46,001 nucleotides of DNA. It comes from Candidatus Iainarchaeum sp. (GTDB lineage Archaea > Iainarchaeota > Iainarchaeia > Iainarchaeales > DTGL01). The DNA lies in contig JAGGVE010000004.1 in assembly GCA_021163505.1 (NCBI GenBank), forward strand, positions 1-46,001. The letters run 5' to 3'. This document shows positions 38,701 to 46,001 of the stretch, one piece after another; within the stretch, counting starts at the first letter, position 1, and each line of letters opens with the position of its first letter. Under the pieces are notes generated by a model, which did no database searches, was not told where the DNA came from, and saw only the letters and a program-made list of their open reading frames with translations. Position numbers and translations under genes: made by a program.

Positions 38701-41672
38701 GTGTTCCAAAAGGTTCAGCAAGCACCAGCTTAATGCCAAGAAGCATAACTGGCACGACCACTGGTACGCAAACAACTACCACAACAGGCACTGGCTGCCC
38801 AGAAGGCCTTATGTGTTTGCCAAAAGAGGATGGTAGCTCTGGCACGGAAATCACAATAGATCCTATAACAGGAGAATATACGATTAGCTGTGCAACTGAA
38901 TGCGTTACTCCGGAAGAATATGAGAGAAGAACAAATCCTGAATGGCAGAGTACCAAAGAGAGCGAATTAACTGACGCACAGATATGCGAGCAAAAAGGTT
39001 ATCTGTATTGTGAGCCGGGCTATAGTTGCATGTGCACCGGCGCTGTTTGTACAGCTAATCCTAACGTTACTGTTGAATATAATGGTCGCACAGTAAACTG
39101 CTGTGATCCTTTAAAGCATGGGGAATGTGTAGCCAGTGGCGCATCATCTGCTCCAGCGGCCACATTACCAAAAGCTCCAGCAGGCTTCCTAGCTATAACC
39201 GATATAGGCAGTTTACTTGGCAAATCGTTCGATATATTTGGGGAAATAACGAATATTGAAGACCCATGGACAGGAGCTTTGATTGGCTTTGTTGCAGGAA
39301 CGCTCTTCAAGTACTGGGAACAGAGCAAGAATGTTGGTGAATTTCCAGTGACTGTTGCAGTGAAAGACCTTGTGATAAATTCAGTGAAGATAATAATGCC
39401 AAAAGGCCTTGAAGAGGAAGAGGAAACGCTAATAAGCGTTGAGATGCGCGAATCCAAGGTAGAAAGCACTACAGAGAATCCATTAGGCATAGAGGAAACT
39501 GAGCTCATATTCAAGAACAATGGAATAAGTCAGGAAGAGCCCTATAAGCCTATCTATAGGGTGCTTAAGGTTGAGGGTGAGCGCTTAGATTATAACACGG
39601 AGTACTTTATAGACAGCAAGAAAAAAGCGCAGAAGATGCGCGAAATGGAGCCTACTGTCAAGAGTCGTGAGCCCTTCACGCAAAAATTCCATCTGCAGTT
39701 TAACGCTTACAAGCCGAAGCCAACGGATATTGTTGTAAGGCCTGAAACGAGCTGCAAGATTGGTAACTTGATAGGTTCTACGGGCAAAAATGCTTTGCCT
39801 AAAGTTAAGTTCAAGTGGAACTGGCGCGATATAGAGATCAATGAATGTGATGAAGGAGGCAACGAAACATATTGTGATGCAGTACAATTCAGCATAGAGC
39901 TCCTCAAGAAGATACATAAAGTTGATGAGCTGCTAAGAGGGCAGCAGGTTAACTGCCCGTCTGCAGAGGGCATACTCAGCGAAAAAACACAAAGTCTAGA
40001 TGAACTAAAGCTTGATGTTGCTCTAACCAGAATAAAGATTGAAAAGAGCGGAAAGAATGCAAAGGTAATAGGCACTATCGAGAGCAATAACAACAAAGAG
40101 ATGACTGTCAATGTAGTAATAACTCTGCAAAAGGATGGAAGCACTGAAACAATTGCCTGCCCGGAAGGAGCGGAAAAAGCGGTGAAGGTTATAAGCAAAG
40201 AAGAGGTTTCCTGTACATTCAACGATTTGAGTGATGGTTTATACACTGCCAGAATAACAATCTATCCACAGCTCAATACTTGCGAATCAGAATGTAAGAA
40301 TGAAAATACTGGCAATGATGTGCTGTTCACAAAGCTTCTTGTTGGTGGCGCAGCAGGCGTATTCGAAAAGTGCGAACCTTACAGCACAGATCGCCTGGAA
40401 GAGTTTATAGCAGCTAACCCGAACAACACCAACCTTAAGAAAGCCTTGGAGCTCGTAAGCTTCAATGCTTATCTTATAAAAGATGGCTATACTCTGGACT
40501 TCAGAAAAGACTTCCATGAGTTCAGCGAGGCTAAAGACTTCTTCAATGCACCAACATGGTATAAAGGCGAATCAGGTCTGGGCAAATACTTTGTAAACCC
40601 GGAGTTGCTTGAGTTTAAGTCGCCATTCTTAAGGCCTGAGTTTGGTTATCTGCCAGCAGGCAAATACCATGTGAGAATAAATATCACTTATGATAACGAC
40701 AGCTGGTGCTTGTTTGATGAGACCACACCAGATGCAAAGATTGAGATTTATTTAGAGCGTTTAGCAACGCCGGAGCCTGATTCGGTATTCTATTATCTGC
40801 CATTTGATGGTTTAATCGGCGTTGATAGCGAGAACGGCAGGCAAGGGTATGGAATAAACTTCAGACAGGAGTCAGAGCAAAGCATATTAATAAATGAAGA
40901 TATTTCGCAGCCTGTTAGAACAACTACAATCGCAAACTCAACCCCAATTCCAGGCGGCTGGCTTTACGCAAAAGAAGTTCAAAACTTTAAGACTCTGAAC
41001 AACGATATGCGCGGCGTGCTCTTAGATATAGAGAGGGGCTCAGAAGATACTTATATGGTGTTCAGTCCAAGCAGAGCAACGCCGGTGATATTGCATATCA
41101 CTGGTGGAAATAGAAGAAAGGCCTATGCGTTCTACCAAGTTACTGTAGATGGACAACCGCAACAAGGCTCAAGCTATTTAGCTACATGGACCGGCATAGG
41201 AAAAGGCTGTAGAGACTTCAGTGATGCAGAGGTCACAGAAACGTTCAATAATAGGCGCGATGTTAGAGGCGGCACAGGTAGAGTGAAATGTGCGGGCAGC
41301 TTCGGTACGCATCAATATGGCATAGAATGGTGCGATGTGAAGAGAAGGGGCAGCGTATTCCTTAAAACAGTGTTCTTCACGCCTCTGCGAAGCGCAAGCA
41401 TACTTGAGCTTGTAGAAGCTGCTGACGATGCCACATTCATAGCGCCAAATGGTACTGGAAAGCAGATAGAGTTAAGCGGTATAACAGGCCTGAACATTAC
41501 CTCTGTGGAGAAGATCTTGGAGCTTGTTGAGCAAGAAAAAGTTTGTGTTGCGGGTGTAGGCAACAGCGTTAAAGCCACATTCTTCTGGAACCCAAAGAAT
41601 TTAATAGATTCAACGCTTTCTAATATAGTGGAAAGCGTACCACAGCAGTGCATAGCGCCAGAAGCCAGCTGA
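32796..41672 (+). CDS. Giant membrane-anchored protein 3 (2958 aa), paralog with Cys-rich repeat array between glycine-zipper helices
   Basis: TM FALLLLIIAVLIGYVLISF. Same repeats and core motifs (FGLHIRTG, KWVNLEW, WRAWA...RDPVD...LYARAY). YCDAVQF and YLPFDG motifs. C-terminal VCV...FWNP. GAGGA RBS. Confidence 0.92.
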   Translation: MGILQSLKDLYYHLEDKYYDLIDRISTRIPIYKVTDAIDKVVPSFALLLLIIAVLIGYVLISFTPAIMPKKAEISVLVEYRDRYGAKYPLEGASVTIINGELSTTIDTNEDGMLSTPYYAKIGDVIQISIAKDGFKPKPYSTELEVDSEIEHIHVVLDEIIKFKDVRFRLVDEDGNPIANKFVSLSFECGNDAEAPADIETMTDYTGLVEVNDVPIECDPLLVSVSAKGYEALVREPVRDGSAIVLKPKEELKPPEEKGRIIVSVLFKGEPVTDPIAVELYKDTGAAPMFMEYKTTDNGQVIFEVLAGTYKVKTRATQKYDSAESNFITVGADEYRTVTLEIRERIIGHIKLKVIDEANEEPLKDVRVTLMKESTQVAFDETDENGYVQFNLTKDESFTVVIDHPEYCLARLTDVRKSDSVIEVKLKKYTGDCGGVLIAKVVDEDDNPIANAMVGIFDEKGNSLGWAERITDINGEAEFKGLRAGKYKFFAYKGYGSGWSDVVEYRVREAVEERATIVLHIPKATIELRVVNYDSEPLPFSDVTLKNADTDKLLAGPVKVEDLNGKISFTVDAGIPFYAYITNPQYASYSTEAITLKPNEQRFMQVVLEPKRISGEIKVDFLGLFKGDKTASVVAAGKEYIAKFRLSVPEQANYQKFGLHIRTGKYNMMEKDFIYIKDVYAPGKPNIIRGTSFNPGQGITYDTQFLSADGSKWVNLEWASGRTGTIYVNARIKIKKTAVEEELPIFWRAWAVKENKVIRDPVDYSLGDTASEQDLYARAYKRTFQVGMEKLCTDKWCVSLKILDIENDIAEYVDETYSAKVGKEYKLSFSILNNSPYETDTFDNVQLKILNSEKNITFKEYEIIGDTITQGTANANETSYIKIGNLPRNKEVRGEITFVPNAAMAGTIMIRLHDPARHAHIFEKEILVDIAAANEFIVEFKTASEEFAAEPPLLPSGIENTVVIRVRDKATELEVSEASVKIKDKFGATLVSTSTTSRGLAEITLPALMPADVIYLVVEKPDYAEFTKEIRVDEKVLKIEPEKIGIQLNVHTKPLDSVTVRLLNETEMELKVESIELRGDFLGLIDNEKVHDWLTSEYFGRTIAARDKLDIALKVQLSDLGKLLNESKQLSGKLIIVVSSAGQSWLAERDVDITIGLGGEVDNPACLILSINEWKAATKSNEVRTDFTIVNTCTLNGKPIKLQNLSAKIEWQSNQLGDYYIEMGENTIELRGAYFKVLRGTINEEEELPAMLTFAPDGGVTGKAQATITISAEHPTQGGKEVLTASIQTEIDIISLDNCVRFDKDLVRVKPGEEGSFTIETKDCGAAVDFMLDTELALAEKEFTLQSSDSKQVTILGGEYIPGQYPIYVKTRSVGESEYSIKKLIRVIMEPEGCLRLNRYEYDIYDDPNDPYDGFDVGKLINECYKKKENITISFDERNWLEAMKTGAVWAIVGFIYGGIQSVRHGKDFFGFPLPSTVCEEAGYEYCGAKMECKGEKIKVVNNVTCCASECIAEEVDVKEKICAKKGARYCGFGNCPEGKEKIVEGVKCCTDKCITEQLLENSDAKCKDVNENYDFCSVPPFSDVEEICPAQYGYERVGDIWCCRGPCQKAQPSLFEEICKNPGSGEGPFYYCNPTLGESCPSEDKIVNVSGVACCTVECVGGATGTETPNESKLSPENALSACQQANPTYTYCNPAANLTCKALPGAELNPIVEVTYVNDATGEEIPINCCDTRYGQCVAETTQPAKTGEMSPADTQESLTCYNEGMGPYCPKREGMESFCENQADGTTALPIMTNGVPCCPKGFNCEYAQAGSNTYVSGDAVVQIGAPCPKAGYGVQCPIEGTCSSTYCGNCIKNPRKPLKVSTTYCCPYSSYNKCILPDGREVVEGQTYTQAATQTQTPGNAASTQYTYSNEQICAQPSLIDPRWPAGVYNYYYCHSGEECSGSPVKIYYNGDYSQGYVECCDGACVPKGSASTSLMPRSITGTTTGTQTTTTTGTGCPEGLMCLPKEDGSSGTEITIDPITGEYTISCATECVTPEEYERRTNPEWQSTKESELTDAQICEQKGYLYCEPGYSCMCTGAVCTANPNVTVEYNGRTVNCCDPLKHGECVASGASSAPAATLPKAPAGFLAITDIGSLLGKSFDIFGEITNIEDPWTGALIGFVAGTLFKYWEQSKNVGEFPVTVAVKDLVINSVKIIMPKGLEEEEETLISVEMRESKVESTTENPLGIEETELIFKNNGISQEEPYKPIYRVLKVEGERLDYNTEYFIDSKKKAQKMREMEPTVKSREPFTQKFHLQFNAYKPKPTDIVVRPETSCKIGNLIGSTGKNALPKVKFKWNWRDIEINECDEGGNETYCDAVQFSIELLKKIHKVDELLRGQQVNCPSAEGILSEKTQSLDELKLDVALTRIKIEKSGKNAKVIGTIESNNNKEMTVNVVITLQKDGSTETIACPEGAEKAVKVISKEEVSCTFNDLSDGLYTARITIYPQLNTCESECKNENTGNDVLFTKLLVGGAAGVFEKCEPYSTDRLEEFIAANPNNTNLKKALELVSFNAYLIKDGYTLDFRKDFHEFSEAKDFFNAPTWYKGESGLGKYFVNPELLEFKSPFLRPEFGYLPAGKYHVRINITYDNDSWCLFDETTPDAKIEIYLERLATPEPDSVFYYLPFDGLIGVDSENGRQGYGINFRQESEQSILINEDISQPVRTTTIANSTPIPGGWLYAKEVQNFKTLNNDMRGVLLDIERGSEDTYMVFSPSRATPVILHITGGNRRKAYAFYQVTVDGQPQQGSSYLATWTGIGKGCRDFSDAEVTETFNNRRDVRGGTGRVKCAGSFGTHQYGIEWCDVKRRGSVFLKTVFFTPLRSASILELVEAADDATFIAPNGTGKQIELSGITGLNITSVEKILELVEQEKVCVAGVGNSVKATFFWNPKNLIDSTLSNIVESVPQQCIAPEAS
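37230..39128 (+). repeat. Intragenic array of about nine six-cysteine modules (C-xn-YC-xn-C-xn-CC-xn-C) plus one partial module
   Basis: Examples: CEEAGYEYCGAKMECKGEKIKVVNNVTCCASEC; CAKKGARYCGFGNCPEGKEKIVEGVKCCTDKC; CEQKGYLYCEPGYSC...NCCDPLKHGEC. Modules are separated by T/Q/P-rich linkers. The repeat is visible only at protein level. Confidence 0.85.
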
Positions 41673-41684
41673 AGGTGATAGCCT

Positions 41685-44600
41685 GTGTCCATAAAGGATA
41701 ACCTGACAGATTTTTGGGAAACGGTAAAGGAGTCTTACTATGATTTGGAAGAAAAGATTGGGTTTCCTCCCATATTGCTTCTGCTTGCGCTACTTGTGGT
41801 AGTACTGCTATATTTCTTATTTTTTGTTCCAAAAGAGCCTATTCAGCCAAAGGAGGTAGAGCTCACTGTCTTTTTTAAAGACGAGGAAGGCAACGCTTTA
41901 CCTGATTTAGAAGTAAATGTTTCTGTAGATGGTAATATTATCAAAAAGTTCACTAACTCGAGAGGCGCTGTTGTAATTGAAGTAAAACCCAACTCCGAAA
42001 TTGTTGTTTCTGTGGATAGTGCAAATTACGAAAGCATCAGCAAAACATTTTTTATTGGAGAAAATAACAGAACAGAAACAATAACGCTAAAGCTCAAAAC
42101 CAAACCCTTGGAAAAAAGAACCCTGCGCTTTGAAGATGAGAAAGGTTTAATAAAAGGAAAGAAAATAAGGGCAAAGATTAGCTGTGCCAATAAGGCGATT
42201 CCTCCGTGGTATGAAGAAGACACTGATATGGATGGCATAATAGAAGTAACGCTGCCCTTAAACTGTGGTGAAATAAGCGTTGATGCTGAAATCGAAGGTT
42301 ATGAAAGGCAGGAAGCGGCACACATGAAAGGCAGCGAGATTTTACTATTTTTCAAAAAGATTGAACCACCAAAAGGGAATCTGCGTATTAGGGTGGTTGA
42401 TGAAGAGCAAAACCTTATTTTGAATAAAAACATAAAAGTGTCTATTGAAAAAGACGGTGAGCGCGATTATAAATTCACGCAAGGGTATGGAATAGTAGAT
42501 TTTAAGAATCTTTTAGTCGGTACATACAACATCTATGTAAGCGATCCTTCTGGTGACTATGCAGCAAGTCGTATGGTAGCAGAGGTAATCGCGAAGCAAA
42601 CGGTTGAAGTTACTATAGAAATGAAAAAGGCAATAAAGGCAGTACTTAAAGTAAAGGTTATTGACCGAAACACAGGAGTTGCGATTGAAGGGGCAACAGT
42701 AAAACTAATGGAAAACTATGAAACTGTTGATGAGAGAACAACCTCTGAAAATGGGCTTGTAGAGTTTGCAATCTTTGATCTTAAAGATTATAGCGTAATC
42801 GCAAAGAAAGAAGGCGGCATTGGCACTGGCTACTTTGCAAAAAGCGTTGATGTAAACGCTGCTGACCTGAACTCGCTTATAACAATAGAGCTTGAGAAAA
42901 TAACACAAGAAAATAGTGGAAAAACAATTGTAAAGGTAATCGATGAGGATGGCAGGCCAGTCAAGGATGCAAAGGTAATGTTCCGCTATAAGGAAACAGA
43001 AGCAATTGTTGAGCTCAATTCTGAGCAGAATTATAAACTAACCGATGCGAATGGGACTGCAATATTTTATCTGGGCACGATTGAGGAAGAAATATACCCT
43101 TATGCAATAAAGTATCCTGCAACTGGCGGCTCTGCAAACCAAGCAAAGCGAATAGACCCCTATGAAGAAAATCACTTTGAGGTATTAATGCACATAGGAG
43201 AGAGCACGCTCAATATAAAGGCGCTTAAGACTGATGGCACTTTGCTTGAAGAGAGCTACTTTGAGGTATTTTCAGCTACTGATGGTAGTTCCATATCAAA
43301 TGGAAAAATACCTATGGTGGACGGCACATACAGCTACAGTATCAAAGCAGATAAGAAGATCTACGTAGTTGTGAGTAAGGAAGGCTATCTTAGCTATGAA
43401 AGTGAAGAAATTGCACTATGGCCTGGCCAAAGCTATGAAATAAACGCGATTATGCGTAAAGTTGGCGAGGTGCGCGAACCGCTAATTGAATTTTTGGGAG
43501 CATTTAAAGGAGATGTGAAAGAGGAAGCGCTCAGAGCAAACAACGAGTATGAATTCAAATTCAATCTTGTCTTCCCAGATAACAATGATCTAGATAAGGC
43601 GGGCTTCCATTTCAGAGTTGGTGATAATAATAGCGTTGAGCTAGAACCGATGTTCATAAAGGATGTAAAAACTACTGCGGATGTGATAATAAAGGGAAAA
43701 ACGTACAGACCGAAGAAAGGCCAAGCACTAGAGGAATTAACTGAAAGTGATGCGAAGTGGGTTACATTAGAATGGATAAAGCCAAAAAGTGGCACATACA
43801 AAGTAAGCGTTGTTGTAAAAATAAGGCAAGCAGTATTTCCAAAAACAAAGCTTAGCTTCTATTATAGAAGTTATAGTGTAAAGGGCTCGCGCTATATAAG
43901 AAGTCCTGTTGATGCAGAGCTTGGCGAGCAGGAAAATACGCAGAGTAAAGATGCACTATATGCTGAATGCTTCTCAGCAACATATTTTGAAGGTTCAGAG
44001 CCACTATGCAGCGAAGCATTCTGCTATAAGGGCGACTGGCTTTATGATAAGCAAGAGGATATATTCTTAGAAAAGCCGTATTCACTAACTGTGCTTGGCG
44101 ATTATAATTTCCTATTCAGTATTATGAACAATTCTGTAAATGAATACAATGAAGTAAGGCTTGTGGTGAAAAATGTAACAAACAAAAAGAAAGACAACGC
44201 GCTTGATTTCGAAAAGGTCATATTCGAAGGCCCAGCCAAGCAAACAACTGAGCTAATCCCGGAAAATTCAGAATTCACAATTGAAAATATTGAAGGCTTT
44301 ACTTACACAAAGGAAATAAGCGCCAATATCAGGTTTAAAGCAAAGAAAGAAACAACCACAGGCATAGAAATTCAGCTAATAGCAGACAAACAGGTCGTAT
44401 TCTCTAAAGAGGTTGAATTTATAGTTTATTCTAATGACTTGCTGAATGTGAAAATAGAGCCAGAACGATTCATCCCTTTCAAAAAGCACACGCTAAAGGC
44501 AACTGTAGAGGACTCACAAGGAAATAAGATAAGTGATGCCTTGGTTAGGGTCATTAGAGAAACGCCTGATAATGTAAAGCAGGTTATGCATGCATTCACA

Positions 44601-46001
44601 GATAGCGAGGGATTTGTAGAGTTTGAAATTCCAGAGTCTTACCCGGGAACCAGATTAACTATCGAAGTGGAAAAAATTGGGTATGCGCCAGTATCTGTTG
44701 AAAGGTTTGTAGATTCAAATATAGCTCTGGTGATGCCCCGAGCAATATTTTCCTCGCTGAATACAACCTCAAAGACTGATGAAAGTTTGCCTCTTTCTAT
44801 AGAGAATCTCACTGGTACTGCTCTAATAATTAAAGAAATAAACCTTAAAGGAAACTTCAAGGGCTTGCTTAATGAAGAAGCTATGCAAGCTTATGCAAAT
44901 ACAAATGCAGGCCTGCAAGTAGATTCTAATGAAAGCTTAGATATTGTTATAAAAACTGTGCTCGCATTCAACGCAGCAAGCTTGCTTGAGAGTAACGAAT
45001 CGCTAAGCGGCAATGTTGAAATAGTGCTTTATAATCCACTCTATAACTTTGAATACGCTGTATTAGTTCCTCTAACAGTTGATATCGGCTTAGGTGGCTT
45101 GCCTGATAATGCTCCTTGCATAGTGCTTTCTGGTCCGGATATTCCAGAATGGAGCGTAACAACGCTTGATAATATTGCCAGAACAGAATTTGAAATCAGC
45201 AACCTTTGCATGAAAAACGGTCAGAAAATAGATTTAGAGAATCTGCAGGTTAAGCTTGAATGGCAGAGCGATTCAAAAAAAGCAGGCGTGTTAGAATTAA
45301 CTATTATAGCACCTGATGGAAGCTCAGTAAGTCAGGTGCTCAAGTCAGGGCAGTGGGTAAAATTCTTGGACAATTTCAAGCAGGCTGATTATGGTGGCTA
45401 TCAAGCAATCCTAACATTTACTCCAAAAACAGGGTATATGGGCGAGACTGCCAAATTTACGATCTATATAGATGGTCAAACGAGAACAGATGCCGGCCTG
45501 AAGTTTGTAGGTGCTGATAATACAATAAATGGCAATATACTCATACTAAACCTTGAAGACTGTATAAAGTATCCAAAGGAGAAGATTGAGCTATCTCCAG
45601 AGCAGGACGAAGCAACATTTAGCCTGGATGCAAGCGCGTGTGGTATTGATGTATACATAACACTCTGTATGGGTGATCCACGTTGCACCGGTGGGACCAC
45701 AGAAGGTGGTATTACCTTAATGCCGCACGATGAAATTGGATTAACGCAAGCTGATCCAGAAGAAACAATAACTGTTTATCGCGAAGATATTCCAGGCATT
45801 TATGGAATAACATTGTATGCGAGAACACCGCAAACGAGCTACAGAAAAATTGACACAATAGATGTGCTGGTCAGGCCAGAAACAAATAGCTACTTCGAGC
45901 TTAAGAGGTATGAATTTAACCTGAGCAAAGAAGCTAACTGGCAGGATTCAACAGAGCTAAAGAATAAAATGCTACTTGAAAACGTGCTTATAACATCTAC
46001 A
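41685..46001 (+). CDS. Giant membrane-anchored protein 4 (more than 1439 aa, 3'-truncated by window edge; absent from ORF track)
   Basis: AAGGTGAT RBS overlapping the previous stop, then GTG 41685: MSIKDNLTDFWETVKESYYDLEEKIGFPPILLLLALLVVVLLYFLFFVPK. The same frame gives core motifs PLIEFLG (43479), AGFHFRVG, AKWVTLEW, YYRSYSV...RSPVDAELG...KDALYAECF and is still open at the last base (...ENVLITST). Confidence 0.92.
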   Translation, partial: MSIKDNLTDFWETVKESYYDLEEKIGFPPILLLLALLVVVLLYFLFFVPKEPIQPKEVELTVFFKDEEGNALPDLEVNVSVDGNIIKKFTNSRGAVVIEVKPNSEIVVSVDSANYESISKTFFIGENNRTETITLKLKTKPLEKRTLRFEDEKGLIKGKKIRAKISCANKAIPPWYEEDTDMDGIIEVTLPLNCGEISVDAEIEGYERQEAAHMKGSEILLFFKKIEPPKGNLRIRVVDEEQNLILNKNIKVSIEKDGERDYKFTQGYGIVDFKNLLVGTYNIYVSDPSGDYAASRMVAEVIAKQTVEVTIEMKKAIKAVLKVKVIDRNTGVAIEGATVKLMENYETVDERTTSENGLVEFAIFDLKDYSVIAKKEGGIGTGYFAKSVDVNAADLNSLITIELEKITQENSGKTIVKVIDEDGRPVKDAKVMFRYKETEAIVELNSEQNYKLTDANGTAIFYLGTIEEEIYPYAIKYPATGGSANQAKRIDPYEENHFEVLMHIGESTLNIKALKTDGTLLEESYFEVFSATDGSSISNGKIPMVDGTYSYSIKADKKIYVVVSKEGYLSYESEEIALWPGQSYEINAIMRKVGEVREPLIEFLGAFKGDVKEEALRANNEYEFKFNLVFPDNNDLDKAGFHFRVGDNNSVELEPMFIKDVKTTADVIIKGKTYRPKKGQALEELTESDAKWVTLEWIKPKSGTYKVSVVVKIRQAVFPKTKLSFYYRSYSVKGSRYIRSPVDAELGEQENTQSKDALYAECFSATYFEGSEPLCSEAFCYKGDWLYDKQEDIFLEKPYSLTVLGDYNFLFSIMNNSVNEYNEVRLVVKNVTNKKKDNALDFEKVIFEGPAKQTTELIPENSEFTIENIEGFTYTKEISANIRFKAKKETTTGIEIQLIADKQVVFSKEVEFIVYSNDLLNVKIEPERFIPFKKHTLKATVEDSQGNKISDALVRVIRETPDNVKQVMHAFTDSEGFVEFEIPESYPGTRLTIEVEKIGYAPVSVERFVDSNIALVMPRAIFSSLNTTSKTDESLPLSIENLTGTALIIKEINLKGNFKGLLNEEAMQAYANTNAGLQVDSNESLDIVIKTVLAFNAASLLESNESLSGNVEIVLYNPLYNFEYAVLVPLTVDIGLGGLPDNAPCIVLSGPDIPEWSVTTLDNIARTEFEISNLCMKNGQKIDLENLQVKLEWQSDSKKAGVLELTIIAPDGSSVSQVLKSGQWVKFLDNFKQADYGGYQAILTFTPKTGYMGETAKFTIYIDGQTRTDAGLKFVGADNTINGNILILNLEDCIKYPKEKIELSPEQDEATFSLDASACGIDVYITLCMGDPRCTGGTTEGGITLMPHDEIGLTQADPEETITVYREDIPGIYGITLYARTPQTSYRKIDTIDVLVRPETNSYFELKRYEFNLSKEANWQDSTELKNKMLLENVLITST

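Noticed and set aside
37230-39128. Cys-rich array as multiheme cytochrome, Fe-S protein or diversity-generating retroelement target
   Set aside because: No CxxCH or ferredoxin spacing, no near-identical template/variable repeat pair was seen, and there is no reverse transcriptase in the window.
15429-45700. Dozens of 60-260 aa minus-strand ORFs inside the giant genes (for example 21963-22742, 28167-28685, 39707-40246)
   Set aside because: They are Ser/Phe/Leu/Ile-rich antisense shadows of Glu/Lys-rich sense codons, fully nested, with no RBS or recognisable motifs.
1-46001. CRISPR arrays, tRNA/rRNA genes, IS elements, integrases, inteins
   Set aside because: Intergenic spaces are short (under about 210 nt) and AT-rich with no spaced direct repeats or cloverleafs. 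No transposase, recombinase or intein motifs were recognised by eye.

Overview
Gene-dense archaeal window with GGTGA/GGAG ribosome-binding sites, TATA-like promoters and E/K/I/V-rich proteins. Gene content and the giant single-pass surface proteins suggest a DPANN archaeon, possibly Iainarchaeota/Diapherotrites-like; this is inference, as there is no marker gene here. The left part (1-9340) holds two cell-surface protein genes, an AF2212-type antitoxin with a PIN/VapC toxin split by a +1 frameshift, and a three-gene type IV pilus/Tad-like operon. Its ATPase carries an N-terminal 16-cysteine four-cluster ferredoxin domain. These are followed by hicB-hicA, a PAC2-family proteasome chaperone ending in an HbYX motif, and two basic orphan genes sharing a 39-residue N-terminal motif. 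The right part (9337-46001) is a divergently organised envelope cluster of more than 36 kb. The minus strand encodes a 1511-aa membrane protein and a small polytopic membrane protein. The plus strand encodes a charged soluble protein, four paralogous giant proteins (2682, 2482, 2958 and more than 1439 aa) and a 562-aa protein with a prepilin-like N-terminus. The fourth giant starts at GTG 41685, runs off the window and is missing from the supplied ORF track. The giants share an N-terminal anchor, tandem beta-sandwich repeats and an unnamed core domain. Each of the three complete ones carries a different distal module: hydrophobic helices plus a degenerate lytic-transglycosylase-like domain, a Q/P/W-rich loop, or a six-cysteine repeat array between glycine-zipper helices. 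The best candidate for an undescribed system is this giant-protein and pilin-like cluster as a cell-contact or membrane-engaging apparatus, possibly assembled by the Fe-S-fused pilus ATPase. No rRNA, tRNA, CRISPR array or transposase was recognised. All family calls are from motif reading by eye, not database searches.
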